Of a stretch of 64,000 nt of DNA, positions 1 through 9,394 are shown piece after piece. The stretch's first letter is position 1. The number at the start of each line of letters is the position of its first letter. The position numbers and the translations under genes are program-made. Source of the DNA: Saprospira grandis DSM 2844 (GTDB taxonomy: Bacteria; Bacteroidota; Bacteroidia; Chitinophagales; Saprospiraceae); the NCBI RefSeq assembly GCF_000275825.1, contig NZ_JH719942.1, positions 996,988 to 1,060,987 on the forward strand, given 5' to 3'. The notes under the pieces are model-generated. The model searched no databases. It was given only the letters and a program-made list of their open reading frames with translations, and had not been told where the DNA came from.

Positions 1-293
1 CGCTTCGGCCATTCTTTGATAAAAATTTTATGCTAGTCAAGGTATTTTTTAAAGACATAGCCTTAGCTATAACTGAGAAAAATGACGATGAATAGCAAGA
101 AATTAAAGCAAAGGATAGAAGTGGCAGGGCTTCTATTTGGCCTTTGCCTGCGGCGGCTTCGCCGCCTGTAGTATCCTGAAATTCATATTCAGAATAATTT
201 CAAATCAGAACTAAAAGCTGCAAAGTATAAATTTCAGCTAATAAAATTTTAAATTAGAGGGCAAACCAATTCATCATTACAACCTTATAGTGT

Positions 294-3200
294 ATGCGTA
301 TACTTTATGCTTTTGCAGCTGCACTTTTGCTCTCTAGTTTTGGTCTACAAGCCCAAACGACAGCAGGAGACTGGCTAGCGCTGAAGTCGGGCCGAGAATT
401 TATTGCCGCCGACCTCAGTAGCTTTAGCAGCCCACAGCAACAAGATGCCTATCAAGGCAAACTCTTTCGCTTGGCCAACTTTAAAGAACTGCCCAATGCC
501 AAAAAACGGGCAGCCATGCAAGACCAAGGCATTGTCTTTTTAGAATACTTGCCCAAAAACAGCTACCTGCTTGCTATTCCTAGCCGCCTAACTGTTCAAG
601 ATTTAGAAGGCTTTGGTATTCGTGGGCTCAAACTGCTCGCTCCCAAACATAAAATGGATGCCCGTCTAGAGGAGCGTCCATTTCCTATTTGGGCCATGCA
701 AGGACAGCAACTTAAGCTTTTTGTCCAAATTCATCAAAGCATCAACTGGGAACAAGCCCTTCAAGAACTACAAACAGAAGGCTACCCCCTGCTGTTTGTC
801 AACCCCCTAAGTAGAACGCTAGTAACAGCCCTGCCTCCTAGCCAAATTGAACAACTGGCCCAAAAACCCTTTGTTCGCTACTTAGACTTACCCTCCGATC
901 CTGGACAGCCAGAATCAGACGATGGGCGGAACCTCCACCGAGCCAACCTCATTGATGGCGATTATTATGGCGCCTATGCCTATAATGGTGCAGGGGTGGC
1001 CGTCGCTATTAACGATGACGGTTTCGCTGGTCCACATATCGACTTTAAGGGCCGAGCCAACCAACAAGATGTAGCTGGCGACCTGACCGGTACACATGGC
1101 GATATGACCGTGGGTATTGTTGGCGCAGCAGGTAACCTAGACCCTGTAATGAGAGGAATGGCCCCTCATGCTTATTTGCACGTTCGCCAATATAATGGTA
1201 GCCTGCCCGGCACAGTGGCCCTCCACCAAGATAGCGCCGTTATGGTTTTCTCTAGCTCTTATTCTAACGGCTGTAATGCAGGCTATACCACCCTAGCCAG
1301 AACCGTGGACCAAGAGATTTATAGCAACCCTAGCCTTATTCAGGTCTTTTCGGCCGGAAATAGCAACGGTAGCGACTGTGGCTATGGCGCCGGTAGCCAA
1401 TGGGGAAATATTACAGGAGGTCATAAAGTAGGAAAAAATGTCTTGGCTACCGCCAACCTCTATAATGATGATGCCCTCGCCAACAGTAGTAGCCGTGGCC
1501 CCGCCTCCGACGGAAGAATCAAACCCGATATTTCCGCTCATGGCCAAGGCCAAATGTCTACCGACCCCGATAATACTTATGTACCCGGTGGAGGAACTTC
1601 TGCCGCCGCTCCTGGTATCGCAGGGGTCCTCACCCAATTGCATCAGGCTTATCGAGACCTAAATGCTGGCGCAAATGCCCCCTCGGCTCTACTAAAAGCC
1701 GCATTGCTCAACTCGGCCAACGATCTAGGCAATGATGGCCCCGATTACTCTTTTGGCTGGGGAAAAGTGAACGCCTATCGCACACTCAAAACCCTAGAAG
1801 AAAACCGATACATTAACGGATCGGTCGGACAAGCAGGCAACACTAGCCATACCATCAGTATCCCCGCTAATGTTCGCCGAGCAAAAATTATGGTCTATTG
1901 GCACGATAAGGAGGCCTCTACTTCTGCCGCCCTTGCCCTAGTCAATAACCTAGACCTTACGGTTAGCGATCCTAGCAATACTACGCATTTGCCTTGGATC
2001 CTCGACCCCAGCCCTACTGCAACTACCCTAGCCCTGCCCGCTACTAGAGGGGTGGATACCCTTAATAATGTAGAACAGGTAGCTATTGATAACCCTAGCG
2101 CAGGAACTTATACCATCAATGTAAGTGGTACAGCCGTGCCCTTTGGCCCACAAGACTACTATATCGTCTATGAGTTTCTTACCGACGATATCCTACTCAC
2201 TTATCCAGTGGGGGGCGAAGGCCTTATCCCCGGCAGCCAAGACCGTATCCATTGGGATGCCTATGGCACAAGCGCTAGCTTTAATATTGAGTATAGCGCC
2301 GATAATGGCAATTCTTGGGCTACCGTACAATCTAATGTAGCCGGTAGCGCTCGCTTTATTGACTGGACCGTACCCGCTACAGTAACTGGCCAAGGACTTA
2401 TCCGCATTACCCGAGGAAGTAACTCGGATATGAGCGATGCCAATTTCTCCATCCTAGAGACTCCGCAAAATATTCGGGTAGTTGCGGTCTGTACCTCTGC
2501 CAATACTATCCGCATCAATTGGGATGCCGTAGCTGGTGCCGCCGAATATGATGTCTTTGTTCTTGGAGCCACGCATATGGATTCTGTAGGCTCTACCGCT
2601 AACCTTAGTTTTGATGTCCCCGTCAATAATATCAATGACGACCAGTGGTTCTCGGTTCGAGCCAAAGGCCCCAACGGCCTTAGAGGCCGCCGCGCTATTG
2701 CGGTCCAAATGCAAGGAGGAAATACTGGAAGTTCAGCCTGCCTCATGGATTGTGGACTAAATGACGATGCCGGAATTAGCCAACTCTTTAGCCCCCAAAC
2801 ACAACAGCAAAGTTGTAATGGGAATAGCCTGCCCGTAGAAGTCGAATTGACCAATATTAGCAATCAAGCACAAAGCAATTTTGAGGTCTATTATCAAGTC
2901 GATAACCAAACTATTGTTACCGATACCTTTACCGGCAGCCTAGCCGGAGGCGCTGTTGCTAACTTTAGCTTTAGCCAAGCCCTTACGCTTGCTGGCCCCG
3001 GCCAATATCAGTTTAAGGTCTGGACCAATATCCCCGGAGATGGCGCCCGCTGTAATGATACGATCGCCATGACAATTGATTTTAGCAATACTATTAGTGC
3101 GTTCCCTTATATCGAGGACTTTGAATCTGGCGTTTTTCCTCCCGCCAATAGCTACCTCGAAAATAATGATGCCGACCTCAGCTGGCAGGAAGATAATGTG

Positions 3201-4997
3201 ACGGGTAGCGATGGCAACCCCACTACCGCTATTGTGGTCAATAACTTTTCCTATAATGCCGCTGGTGAAGAGGATGTCCTCGGCTTCTTTAGTATGGACC
3301 TCACTAACGCTCCCGCCGCTCAACTTAGCTTTGATGTAGCCTATGCTCGCTATAGTGCCTCGCTCTATGAGGGCCTAAGAGTAGAGGTCTCTACCGATTG
3401 TGGCCAAAGCTATAGCCAACTCTACTTCAAGGAAGACCTTAATCTCGCTACAGCAGGTACCCAAACTGGGCAGTTTAGCCCCGCCGCCGCTAGCGACTGG
3501 AGAACAGAGGTCATCGATCTCGCTCCTTATATTGGCAATAATGTGGCCTTCCGATTTGTGAATATCTGTGGCTATGGCAACGACCTTTTCCTAGATAATA
3601 TCAATGTAACGACGCTTAATAATGCGCCCAGCGTGGCCTTTAGCGCTGGAAGTACCACTAGCTGTAATGGTGCGGTCTCTTTTATGGACCAATCTACAAA
3701 TACCCCCACTAGCTGGGCCTGGGATTTTGGCGATGGCAATAGCTCTACACAACAAAACCCCAACCATCTGTATACCACCAATGGCAACTATACGGTCCAA
3801 CTAATTGCAAGTAACCAACTCGGTAGCGATACCCTGGTCCAAAGCAATTATGTAACGGTCAATTTCCCTACAGCCCCCACTGCAGCAACTCCCACTACGG
3901 GCTGTGTTGGGCAAACTGTTGCCCTTAGCGCTACAGGCACAGGCAGCATCTGGTGGTCCGATGCAAACGGGAATTTCCTCTTTGAAGGCAATACCTATAA
4001 TGCAACGCCTACAGCTACAAGCACAAGCTATTCGGTCCAAAATGTAGTCACTTCTGCCGCTCAGCAAGTTGGCCCAGCCAACCCCGCTGCCCTAGGTGCA
4101 GGAGGCTATTTTACAGGTACCCAATACCTGAATTTTGACGCCAACAGCCCCATTCGCATCCTCTCCGTTTTGGTAGATGCCGATGGCGCAGGCAACAGAA
4201 CGATTGAGCTTTATGATGCAGCCAATGGCGGCGGTAACCTGATTCAATCCACTACCGTAAATGTCCCTAACGGACAAAGCCGCATTACCCTCAATTTTGA
4301 ATTGCCCGCCGCAGGTACCTACAGTATCGGTGGCGCTGCCCTCGATCTCTACCGCAATAATGCTGGCGCTAGTTATCCCTATAGCATCGCTGGCCTGATG
4401 AGCATCACGGGCTCTTCTTTTAGCCCCGATTACTACTATTTCTTCTACGACTGGGAGGTCCAAGATGCCCCCTGCCGCTCTACCGCCGTTACGGTTAATG
4501 TCTCTGCCGATCAGGCAAACTTTAACCATGATGCCAATGCAAGTACTCTGGCAGTTAACTTCACAGATCAATCCGCTGGAGCCAATAGCTGGAGCTGGGA
4601 TTTTGGCGATGGCAATAGCTCAAATCAACAAAACCCTAGCTATAGCTATGCCGCCCCTGGCGTTTATCTGGTCCAATTGACGATCAATGGCAACTGTAAC
4701 TATACCGATACGGTCACGGTTGGCCCCACCGCTATCCAAAGCTGGAGCAATGGCACCGATGTTCGCATCCTGCCCAATCCTAGCCTCGGCCAAAGCCGCC
4801 TGCAACTCTCTAGCGCCCTCAGCAATACCCTAAAGGTTCAACTGATTGCCCTAGACGGACGTATCCTCCAAAGTTATGAGCTGCCCGCTGGCCAAAATAG
4901 CCTCGACCTTAATGAGGAGCTCGCCCCCGGCGTCTATTTCTTGCGCCTGCAAAATGAACAGGAGCAACTCCTACTCAAATGGATTATTCAAGACTAA
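294..4997 (+). CDS. Secreted subtilisin-like serine protease (S8 family) with PKD/Ig-like domains and a T9SS C-terminal sorting domain
   Basis: Signal peptide MRILYAFAAALLLSSFGLQA. Catalytic Asp, His and Ser motifs AINDDGF, GTHGDMTVG and GTSAAAPGIAGV. Two PKD signatures WDFGDGNSS. C-terminal beta-sandwich ending ...VYFLRLQNEQEQLLLKWIIQD, typical of Por/T9SS CTD. Confidence 0.9.
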   Translation: MRILYAFAAALLLSSFGLQAQTTAGDWLALKSGREFIAADLSSFSSPQQQDAYQGKLFRLANFKELPNAKKRAAMQDQGIVFLEYLPKNSYLLAIPSRLTVQDLEGFGIRGLKLLAPKHKMDARLEERPFPIWAMQGQQLKLFVQIHQSINWEQALQELQTEGYPLLFVNPLSRTLVTALPPSQIEQLAQKPFVRYLDLPSDPGQPESDDGRNLHRANLIDGDYYGAYAYNGAGVAVAINDDGFAGPHIDFKGRANQQDVAGDLTGTHGDMTVGIVGAAGNLDPVMRGMAPHAYLHVRQYNGSLPGTVALHQDSAVMVFSSSYSNGCNAGYTTLARTVDQEIYSNPSLIQVFSAGNSNGSDCGYGAGSQWGNITGGHKVGKNVLATANLYNDDALANSSSRGPASDGRIKPDISAHGQGQMSTDPDNTYVPGGGTSAAAPGIAGVLTQLHQAYRDLNAGANAPSALLKAALLNSANDLGNDGPDYSFGWGKVNAYRTLKTLEENRYINGSVGQAGNTSHTISIPANVRRAKIMVYWHDKEASTSAALALVNNLDLTVSDPSNTTHLPWILDPSPTATTLALPATRGVDTLNNVEQVAIDNPSAGTYTINVSGTAVPFGPQDYYIVYEFLTDDILLTYPVGGEGLIPGSQDRIHWDAYGTSASFNIEYSADNGNSWATVQSNVAGSARFIDWTVPATVTGQGLIRITRGSNSDMSDANFSILETPQNIRVVAVCTSANTIRINWDAVAGAAEYDVFVLGATHMDSVGSTANLSFDVPVNNINDDQWFSVRAKGPNGLRGRRAIAVQMQGGNTGSSACLMDCGLNDDAGISQLFSPQTQQQSCNGNSLPVEVELTNISNQAQSNFEVYYQVDNQTIVTDTFTGSLAGGAVANFSFSQALTLAGPGQYQFKVWTNIPGDGARCNDTIAMTIDFSNTISAFPYIEDFESGVFPPANSYLENNDADLSWQEDNVTGSDGNPTTAIVVNNFSYNAAGEEDVLGFFSMDLTNAPAAQLSFDVAYARYSASLYEGLRVEVSTDCGQSYSQLYFKEDLNLATAGTQTGQFSPAAASDWRTEVIDLAPYIGNNVAFRFVNICGYGNDLFLDNINVTTLNNAPSVAFSAGSTTSCNGAVSFMDQSTNTPTSWAWDFGDGNSSTQQNPNHLYTTNGNYTVQLIASNQLGSDTLVQSNYVTVNFPTAPTAATPTTGCVGQTVALSATGTGSIWWSDANGNFLFEGNTYNATPTATSTSYSVQNVVTSAAQQVGPANPAALGAGGYFTGTQYLNFDANSPIRILSVLVDADGAGNRTIELYDAANGGGNLIQSTTVNVPNGQSRITLNFELPAAGTYSIGGAALDLYRNNAGASYPYSIAGLMSITGSSFSPDYYYFFYDWEVQDAPCRSTAVTVNVSADQANFNHDANASTLAVNFTDQSAGANSWSWDFGDGNSSNQQNPSYSYAAPGVYLVQLTINGNCNYTDTVTVGPTAIQSWSNGTDVRILPNPSLGQSRLQLSSALSNTLKVQLIALDGRILQSYELPAGQNSLDLNEELAPGVYFLRLQNEQEQLLLKWIIQD

Positions 4998-5028
4998 TCT
5001 TTTCCAGTTTTTCTTGATTTCTCATCTA

Positions 5029-5060
5029 GAGGCCTTCCTTTTGGAAGGTCTCTTTTTTTT
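5029..5060 (+). terminator. Rho-independent terminator candidate after the S8 protease gene
   Basis: gaggccttcc-tttt-ggaaggtctc forms a 10-bp stem with one G-U, followed by T8. Confidence 0.5.
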
Positions 5061-5345
5061 GGGGCCTGCCGCCTTCGGCGGCCGGGCCCTTGCCGGGCTC
5101 GCAAGCCTGCTCGGCCCTTCGTTTTTCGCTGCGCTCAAAACTCGGTCTGGCCTGCGGCCACCCTTTCAGGCCCCTAGGCCGATAACACTGCGGCTTTCAG
5201 CCGCAGCAAAATGAGCGTAGCGAATTTTTGCGCAGGGCCGAGCAGACCTGCGAGCCACGACATAGCCCGACCCGACTGAAAGGACAACCAGCCCCAAAGG
5301 GGCGCCAGTTCGACAACCGAAGGGCGTAGCGGCAGCCCCAAAAAA
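5058..5345. repeat. REP/MITE-like GC-rich intergenic element, two inverted copies forming a ~290-bp palindrome
   Basis: Contains the family core gggctcgcaagcctgctcggccc and its reverse complement gggccgagcagacctgcgagcc. The same modules recur at least 18 times in this window. Confidence 0.8.
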
Positions 5346-5358
5346 TTATCATCCAGTA

Positions 5359-6381
5359 TTAAAGCGATAATTCCCAACTCAAGCCCGAAATATCCACTAA
5401 TTTTAGAGTTTTGGCCTTGGCCGCTAAGGCTTTGGAAATCGGCAAACGCAGGCGGGCCTTGGCCCCCAAGGGAACCACTAGGCTATGTGCCCCCGCCTTG
5501 ATTTTAGCGGGATAAGCATTCTCAATTTGTTGATCGGGCAGGCTGGAAAGAGCTTTTTGGTCCCAGTGCTTTAGAACTTGGCCCGCCTCATCTAGCAATT
5601 CAATTTGGATAAGAAAGGAGCCATAGACATCTACGCCCTCTATGCGATAGAGCTCAAAGCTCAGGCTATCGGCCTGAAAAAGCGGAGCCGAAAGGGCCAA
5701 TTTGGGCTTAACCGATTTGTTGTGTAGCTGTCCCCAAAGGCCAGAATGAAAGTATTGATTGGTATAAAGCGCTAGGGCCAAAATGAGCAAACTGCTCCAT
5801 AAAACGGGCTTTTGGAAGCGTTCCCAGCGGATAGGACCCGAGCTCCAGAACGATAGATAGCCGGCCCAGCCCCAACGCTCCAAAGCATAATGGTCTAGAC
5901 TATAGCGGCCGCCGCCTGTCATAAATATACTGGCCCCAGCAGATACCCCCAAAATGCCAATTTGCCATTCATCTAGGCAGGTGGTGCCCAGCCAGCCCGA
6001 ACCCAACAAAATGCCTAGGGCAAGGCCCAAAACGGCCAAGCTCATCAGGCGGCTCAAGAAGCCGAGCATAAAAAAGAGGCCCACAACGCCCTCTATTAGG
6101 GTAAAAAAGAGCATGGCCCACCACAAATAGGCGGGATGTTCGAGCAAAAACTCGATGATTGGGCCAATGCCAAGGGCCTGCGGCAAAAAATGGTTGAACT
6201 TGATGCCGATATAATTGGCGGCATCGGGATCTAGCTTATTGGAGAGGATCAGGCGGCGCCAAAAAGCCGAGAAATAGGTCCAGCCCACCACTAGGCGGAG
6301 GCCCAAATTGAAAACGCCCAATAATTTATACGAAAGGAATTGCTGCCCATCTTGGGGCAAAACTGCTGATTGATTTGACAT
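5359..6381 (-). CDS. DoxX-family integral membrane protein with a C-terminal soluble extension
   Basis: N-terminal half has four hydrophobic helices in a DoxX-like pattern (LGLRLVVGWTYFSAFWRRL ... GLALGILLGSGWLG). Last ~150 aa are hydrophilic. Confidence 0.55.
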   Translation of the reverse strand: MSNQSAVLPQDGQQFLSYKLLGVFNLGLRLVVGWTYFSAFWRRLILSNKLDPDAANYIGIKFNHFLPQALGIGPIIEFLLEHPAYLWWAMLFFTLIEGVVGLFFMLGFLSRLMSLAVLGLALGILLGSGWLGTTCLDEWQIGILGVSAGASIFMTGGGRYSLDHYALERWGWAGYLSFWSSGPIRWERFQKPVLWSSLLILALALYTNQYFHSGLWGQLHNKSVKPKLALSAPLFQADSLSFELYRIEGVDVYGSFLIQIELLDEAGQVLKHWDQKALSSLPDQQIENAYPAKIKAGAHSLVVPLGAKARLRLPISKALAAKAKTLKLVDISGLSWELSL

Positions 6382-6827
6382 ATAAATGAGTTTTTTTAAT
6401 GAATGAATTGCTTAATTGCCAAGCATTCATCAACTCATTTTTCCATTGTTGGTAGAGCAGAAAATAGGGCCGAGGAGGGCCTCTGGGGCCTTCAGCATCG
6501 AGCATCGCTCTATTTTTCCGCTTCATTTGGCTCAAAAAAAATAGCGAAGCCGAAGAAAGAGGCGCTAGGCCTATTTTCTTTAGCTTCACTATCCTTTGGC
6601 TCCATTGCAGCAGCCTGTTTTCGCTTTTTTGTTCTGTTTTCGCACAACTTAGGCCTTTGGCTTTGGCGGCCACAGCCGTGGGCAATTGGTCCAGACTGCT
6701 TTGCAGGGCCCAGCGCATTTTGCAGGGGGCCAGCAAGAGCAAGCTGCCCAAAAAGAGCAGACCAATATATGTGCGGAGCCTATTCATAGGCACAAACATA
6801 AGGCTTTATTCCTTTCCCTTTTCTTAG

Positions 6828-7511
6828 CTATTTACTAAGGCTTTCTAAAAGGCTTTTGGCCCCTTCAAACAAACTGTCTAGGGCTTTTTCCATTTGCCAG
6901 GCGGCTCGGTTGCGGGGCTCTACATAATTGGAGATAGACCGCAGGGCCACAAAAGGCTGTTTGGCTTGCAGGCAGGCAAAGAAAAAGGCGGCCCCCTCCA
7001 TACTCTCCAAATCGGCCTCGGGGTATTTGGCCCGAATCTGCTCGATAGAATGGGCCGAACCATGGGCTTTATTGACCGTTAGGCCCGTAGCCAAGGGCAA
7101 AAACTCGCTTTCATCGGCTTGAGGGTTATAGAGGCGCTTATTGATATAAGGCGGATTGCTCGGTGCTAAGAGGCCCAAATCAAAGAGGTCTAGAAGGCGA
7201 CCATCTTTTTCCTCGGCCCCTAGGTCCCCTAAGATTTCGGCCCGAACGTGATAGAGCTGCCCCAAGACCAAATCGGGATTCAAGGCTCCCGCTACCCCTA
7301 GGTTGATGGCCAAATCGGGGGGATTTAGGAGGAGTTCTTGGCCCAAAGCGTGGGCGGTGTGCATACTGCCCAGCCCAGTAATTAGGCAATGTAATTCTAA
7401 CTGACCTTGCTTAAAGCTGCCCGCTCTTCGCTGAGGCTCCCAGTTTTTATATAGCCATTGCAAAAGGGGCGAAATTTCTAGTTCGGTGGCGGCGACAATT
7501 AGGAGTTTCAT
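6828..7511 (-). CDS. PNP_UDP_1 family nucleosidase (futalosine hydrolase / MTA-SAH nucleosidase-like)
   Basis: N-terminus MKLLIVAATELEISPLL and overall ~225-aa size match MqnB/MtnN-type nucleosidases. Family-level call only. Confidence 0.5.
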   Translation of the reverse strand: MKLLIVAATELEISPLLQWLYKNWEPQRRAGSFKQGQLELHCLITGLGSMHTAHALGQELLLNPPDLAINLGVAGALNPDLVLGQLYHVRAEILGDLGAEEKDGRLLDLFDLGLLAPSNPPYINKRLYNPQADESEFLPLATGLTVNKAHGSAHSIEQIRAKYPEADLESMEGAAFFFACLQAKQPFVALRSISNYVEPRNRAAWQMEKALDSLFEGAKSLLESLSK

Positions 7512-8218
7512 AGTTGAGTGGCTTGTTCGGCGAGATATTCTTCTTGGCTCATGCGGTCATAATAACGCATCTTAAAGCGCTCCTTTTCGAGGACCACTTG
7601 GGTGTGGCTGACCGTCTGCACAATGCCATTATTGCGGTACATCACTAGGCCATTTTCGATATCGCCTTGGCCCCCTTCCTGATGAAACTGCCAAACAGAT
7701 TCTGGGCGGTAAGTTCCTTGCTGGCACTTCCAATCCGTAAACCAATCGGCTCTTTGGGCCTGAATAGGAGCGGGATAAAGGGTAGCTGAAGACCAGATAT
7801 AGGCTTCGGTGGGCATCAATGTTTCTACATGGGCTTTTTGTTCATCCCAGCGCAATTGGTACAAACTGCCTCGCTCATAAATGACCAAAGTAAAGGGTTC
7901 GATGCCTTCAAAATCGTAGTGTTCAAAAAAGCTGGGCGCATCCTCATAATCAAAGAAATCGAGGACCAGCAGGCCACGGCTACGCTTATAAGGCGGTTGG
8001 TGTTTATGTTTCACAAAGGCGCCATTGAGCAAACAAAGCAGGCGGCCATTATCTGAGGCGGCAATCCAAGTTCCCCCTTGGCTCGGCTCTTTGGGATAAA
8101 TTAGTCCCTTTTCTTCATTCTTAAAAATCCCCTCGGGTTGGCGGCGGGCGCTCTCATCTCGGTTAGAGGTCAGTACAAATTGGTCCTTGCCTAGGGGCAA
8201 GTAAGTTACGGTACACAT
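7508..8218 (-). CDS. NRDE-family protein (DUF833, TANGO2-like)
   Basis: Begins MCTVTYLPLGKDQFVLTSNRDE. The N-terminal Cys plus NRDE motif are the hallmark of this family. The track ORF extends to 8386, but the extra 56 codons read through a REP element, so the start is placed at ATG 8216-8218. Confidence 0.6.
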   Translation of the reverse strand: MCTVTYLPLGKDQFVLTSNRDESARRQPEGIFKNEEKGLIYPKEPSQGGTWIAASDNGRLLCLLNGAFVKHKHQPPYKRSRGLLVLDFFDYEDAPSFFEHYDFEGIEPFTLVIYERGSLYQLRWDEQKAHVETLMPTEAYIWSSATLYPAPIQAQRADWFTDWKCQQGTYRPESVWQFHQEGGQGDIENGLVMYRNNGIVQTVSHTQVVLEKERFKMRYYDRMSQEEYLAEQATQL

Positions 8219-8260
8219 AATATTATATAGTTCTTGTTTTTCGGTTGGGGTTGGGGGATA

Positions 8261-8414
8261 TTTTGGGGCTGCCCCGGCCTTTGGCCGGGTCGGGCTGTGT
8301 CGGGGCTCGCAGGTCTGCTCGGCCCTGCGCAAAAATTCGCTACGCTCATTTTGCTGGGTCTGCGGCTTCGCCGCCCCCCTTTCCATCCCTCAGCCTGCGG
8401 CGCTTCGCGCCTGC
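8261..8414. repeat. REP/MITE-like element, variant B (ggggctgcccc...gggtcgggctgtgtcggggctcgcaggtctgctcggccctgcg...atccctcagcc)
   Basis: Near-identical to copies at 15186..15325 (reverse complement), 16857..17015 and 61955..62125. Confidence 0.8.
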
Positions 8415-8424
8415 TTGCTGCAAA

Positions 8425-9057
8425 TTATTGGCCCAATAAAATTTGCTGGGGAAAGAGTTTTTTGAGGCGGGCATCATGGGTCACAATCAGCAGGCTAGCC
8501 TTTAGGGCTTCTGATTGTTCTCGGAGGAGCTGGGCCACTTCTTGGGCATTTTTATCGTCTAGGCTAGCCGTGGGTTCATCGGCGAGGATGAGTTGGGGGC
8601 GGCGCAATAGCACTCTAGCGATAGCGATACGTTGTTGTTCGCCTTGGCTTAGTTGCTGGGGTTTGGCCTTGCGTTTATCGGCTAGATTTAGGCGATCTAG
8701 CAGTTGGATAATCGCATTTTTATCTTCTTTAATTTGGGCAAAATGCTGGGCGGCCAATAGGTTTTCCTCCACATTTAGGGAGCGGATAAGGTGAGCTTGT
8801 TGGAAGACTACGCCTACCTTTTGGCCTCTATATTCATCTAGGCTCCCCTTCATATTTTCTAGGGCCAAATCGCCTAGGCGGATACTGCCTTTTTGCAATT
8901 TCCGGAGGCCTGCGATCAGGTGGAGCAGGGTGGTTTTGCCGCAGCCAGATTGGCCTAAAAGTAGGCGTTGTTCGCCGGCGGGGCAGCTAAAATTGGGAAA
9001 ATCAATCTGTTTTCCATCGGGATATTGGTAACTAATATCTTGAACGTGTAGGTCCAT
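8425..9057 (-). CDS. ABC transporter ATP-binding protein
   Basis: Walker A GQSGCGKTTLL, ABC signature LSQGEQQRIAIARVL, Walker B LILADEPTASLD and H-loop VTHD. No permease gene adjacent. Confidence 0.9.
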   Translation of the reverse strand: MDLHVQDISYQYPDGKQIDFPNFSCPAGEQRLLLGQSGCGKTTLLHLIAGLRKLQKGSIRLGDLALENMKGSLDEYRGQKVGVVFQQAHLIRSLNVEENLLAAQHFAQIKEDKNAIIQLLDRLNLADKRKAKPQQLSQGEQQRIAIARVLLRRPQLILADEPTASLDDKNAQEVAQLLREQSEALKASLLIVTHDARLKKLFPQQILLGQ

Positions 9058-9084
9058 AGGAAAGAAGTTTCTGGTCCAAAAAAA

Positions 9085-9335
9085 TGGCGGCTTTGCCGCC
9101 TTGGCCGCAGGCCAAACGGCCTAGCGATGTGCAGGGGTGGCCGCAGGCCAGACCGAAGCGCGCAGCGCTGAAGGGCCGAGCGAACAGCGAGCCCTGGAAC
9201 GTAGCGCCGCAAGCGGAGCGCAGCGGAGGCCCCAAAAAATCAGCGAGCCCCAGAACGACAACAAGGTCTTTAGACCGCAGTTTGACGACCGAAGGGAGTA
9301 ACCGCCGCCTCATAATATGAGTGGAGGCCCCAAAA
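9085..9335. repeat. REP/MITE-like element
   Basis: Modules ggccacccctgcacatcgctaggcc (reverse complement) and gggccgagcgaacagcgagccc ... ggaggccccaaaa. Confidence 0.75.
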
Positions 9336-9394
9336 GGGCATAAAAAAGGGGAGAACAGCGAACTGTCCTCCCCTCAAAAGTACAATATTTTGGC

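Noticed and set aside
1-293. Fragment gcctgcggcggcttcgccgcctgtagt at ~145..172 resembling the ggcggcgaagccgccgc REP sub-module
   Set aside because: It is only a ~25-bp partial match to one sub-module. It is too short to call an element copy.
6326-6799. Small ORFs between the DoxX and nucleosidase genes (157 aa on minus, 128 aa on plus)
   Set aside because: The two candidates overlap each other. The region contains an A8 run and low-complexity sequence, the minus ORF overlaps the DoxX start by 56 bp, and neither has convincing features. Left unannotated.
7508-8386. Long N-terminal form of the NRDE-family protein (start at 8386)
   Set aside because: The extra 56 codons traverse a REP copy. 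The family's hallmark N-terminal Met-Cys begins at 8218, so the short form is preferred.
8234-8794. Many track ORFs lying in or across REP copies (for example 8234..8794, 9032..9313, 15151..15381, 19240..19521, 23727..24048, 26604..26843, 26749..27306, 29624..29853, 33153..33473, 35702..35899, 39273..39581, 41773..42055, 51943..52227, 61886..62203)
   Set aside because: They lie wholly or mainly inside REP/MITE-like elements or antisense to clear genes. The shared peptide words (GLAGLLGPA, RGGRRPDRG, PLHIARP) come from the repeat consensus, not from protein families.
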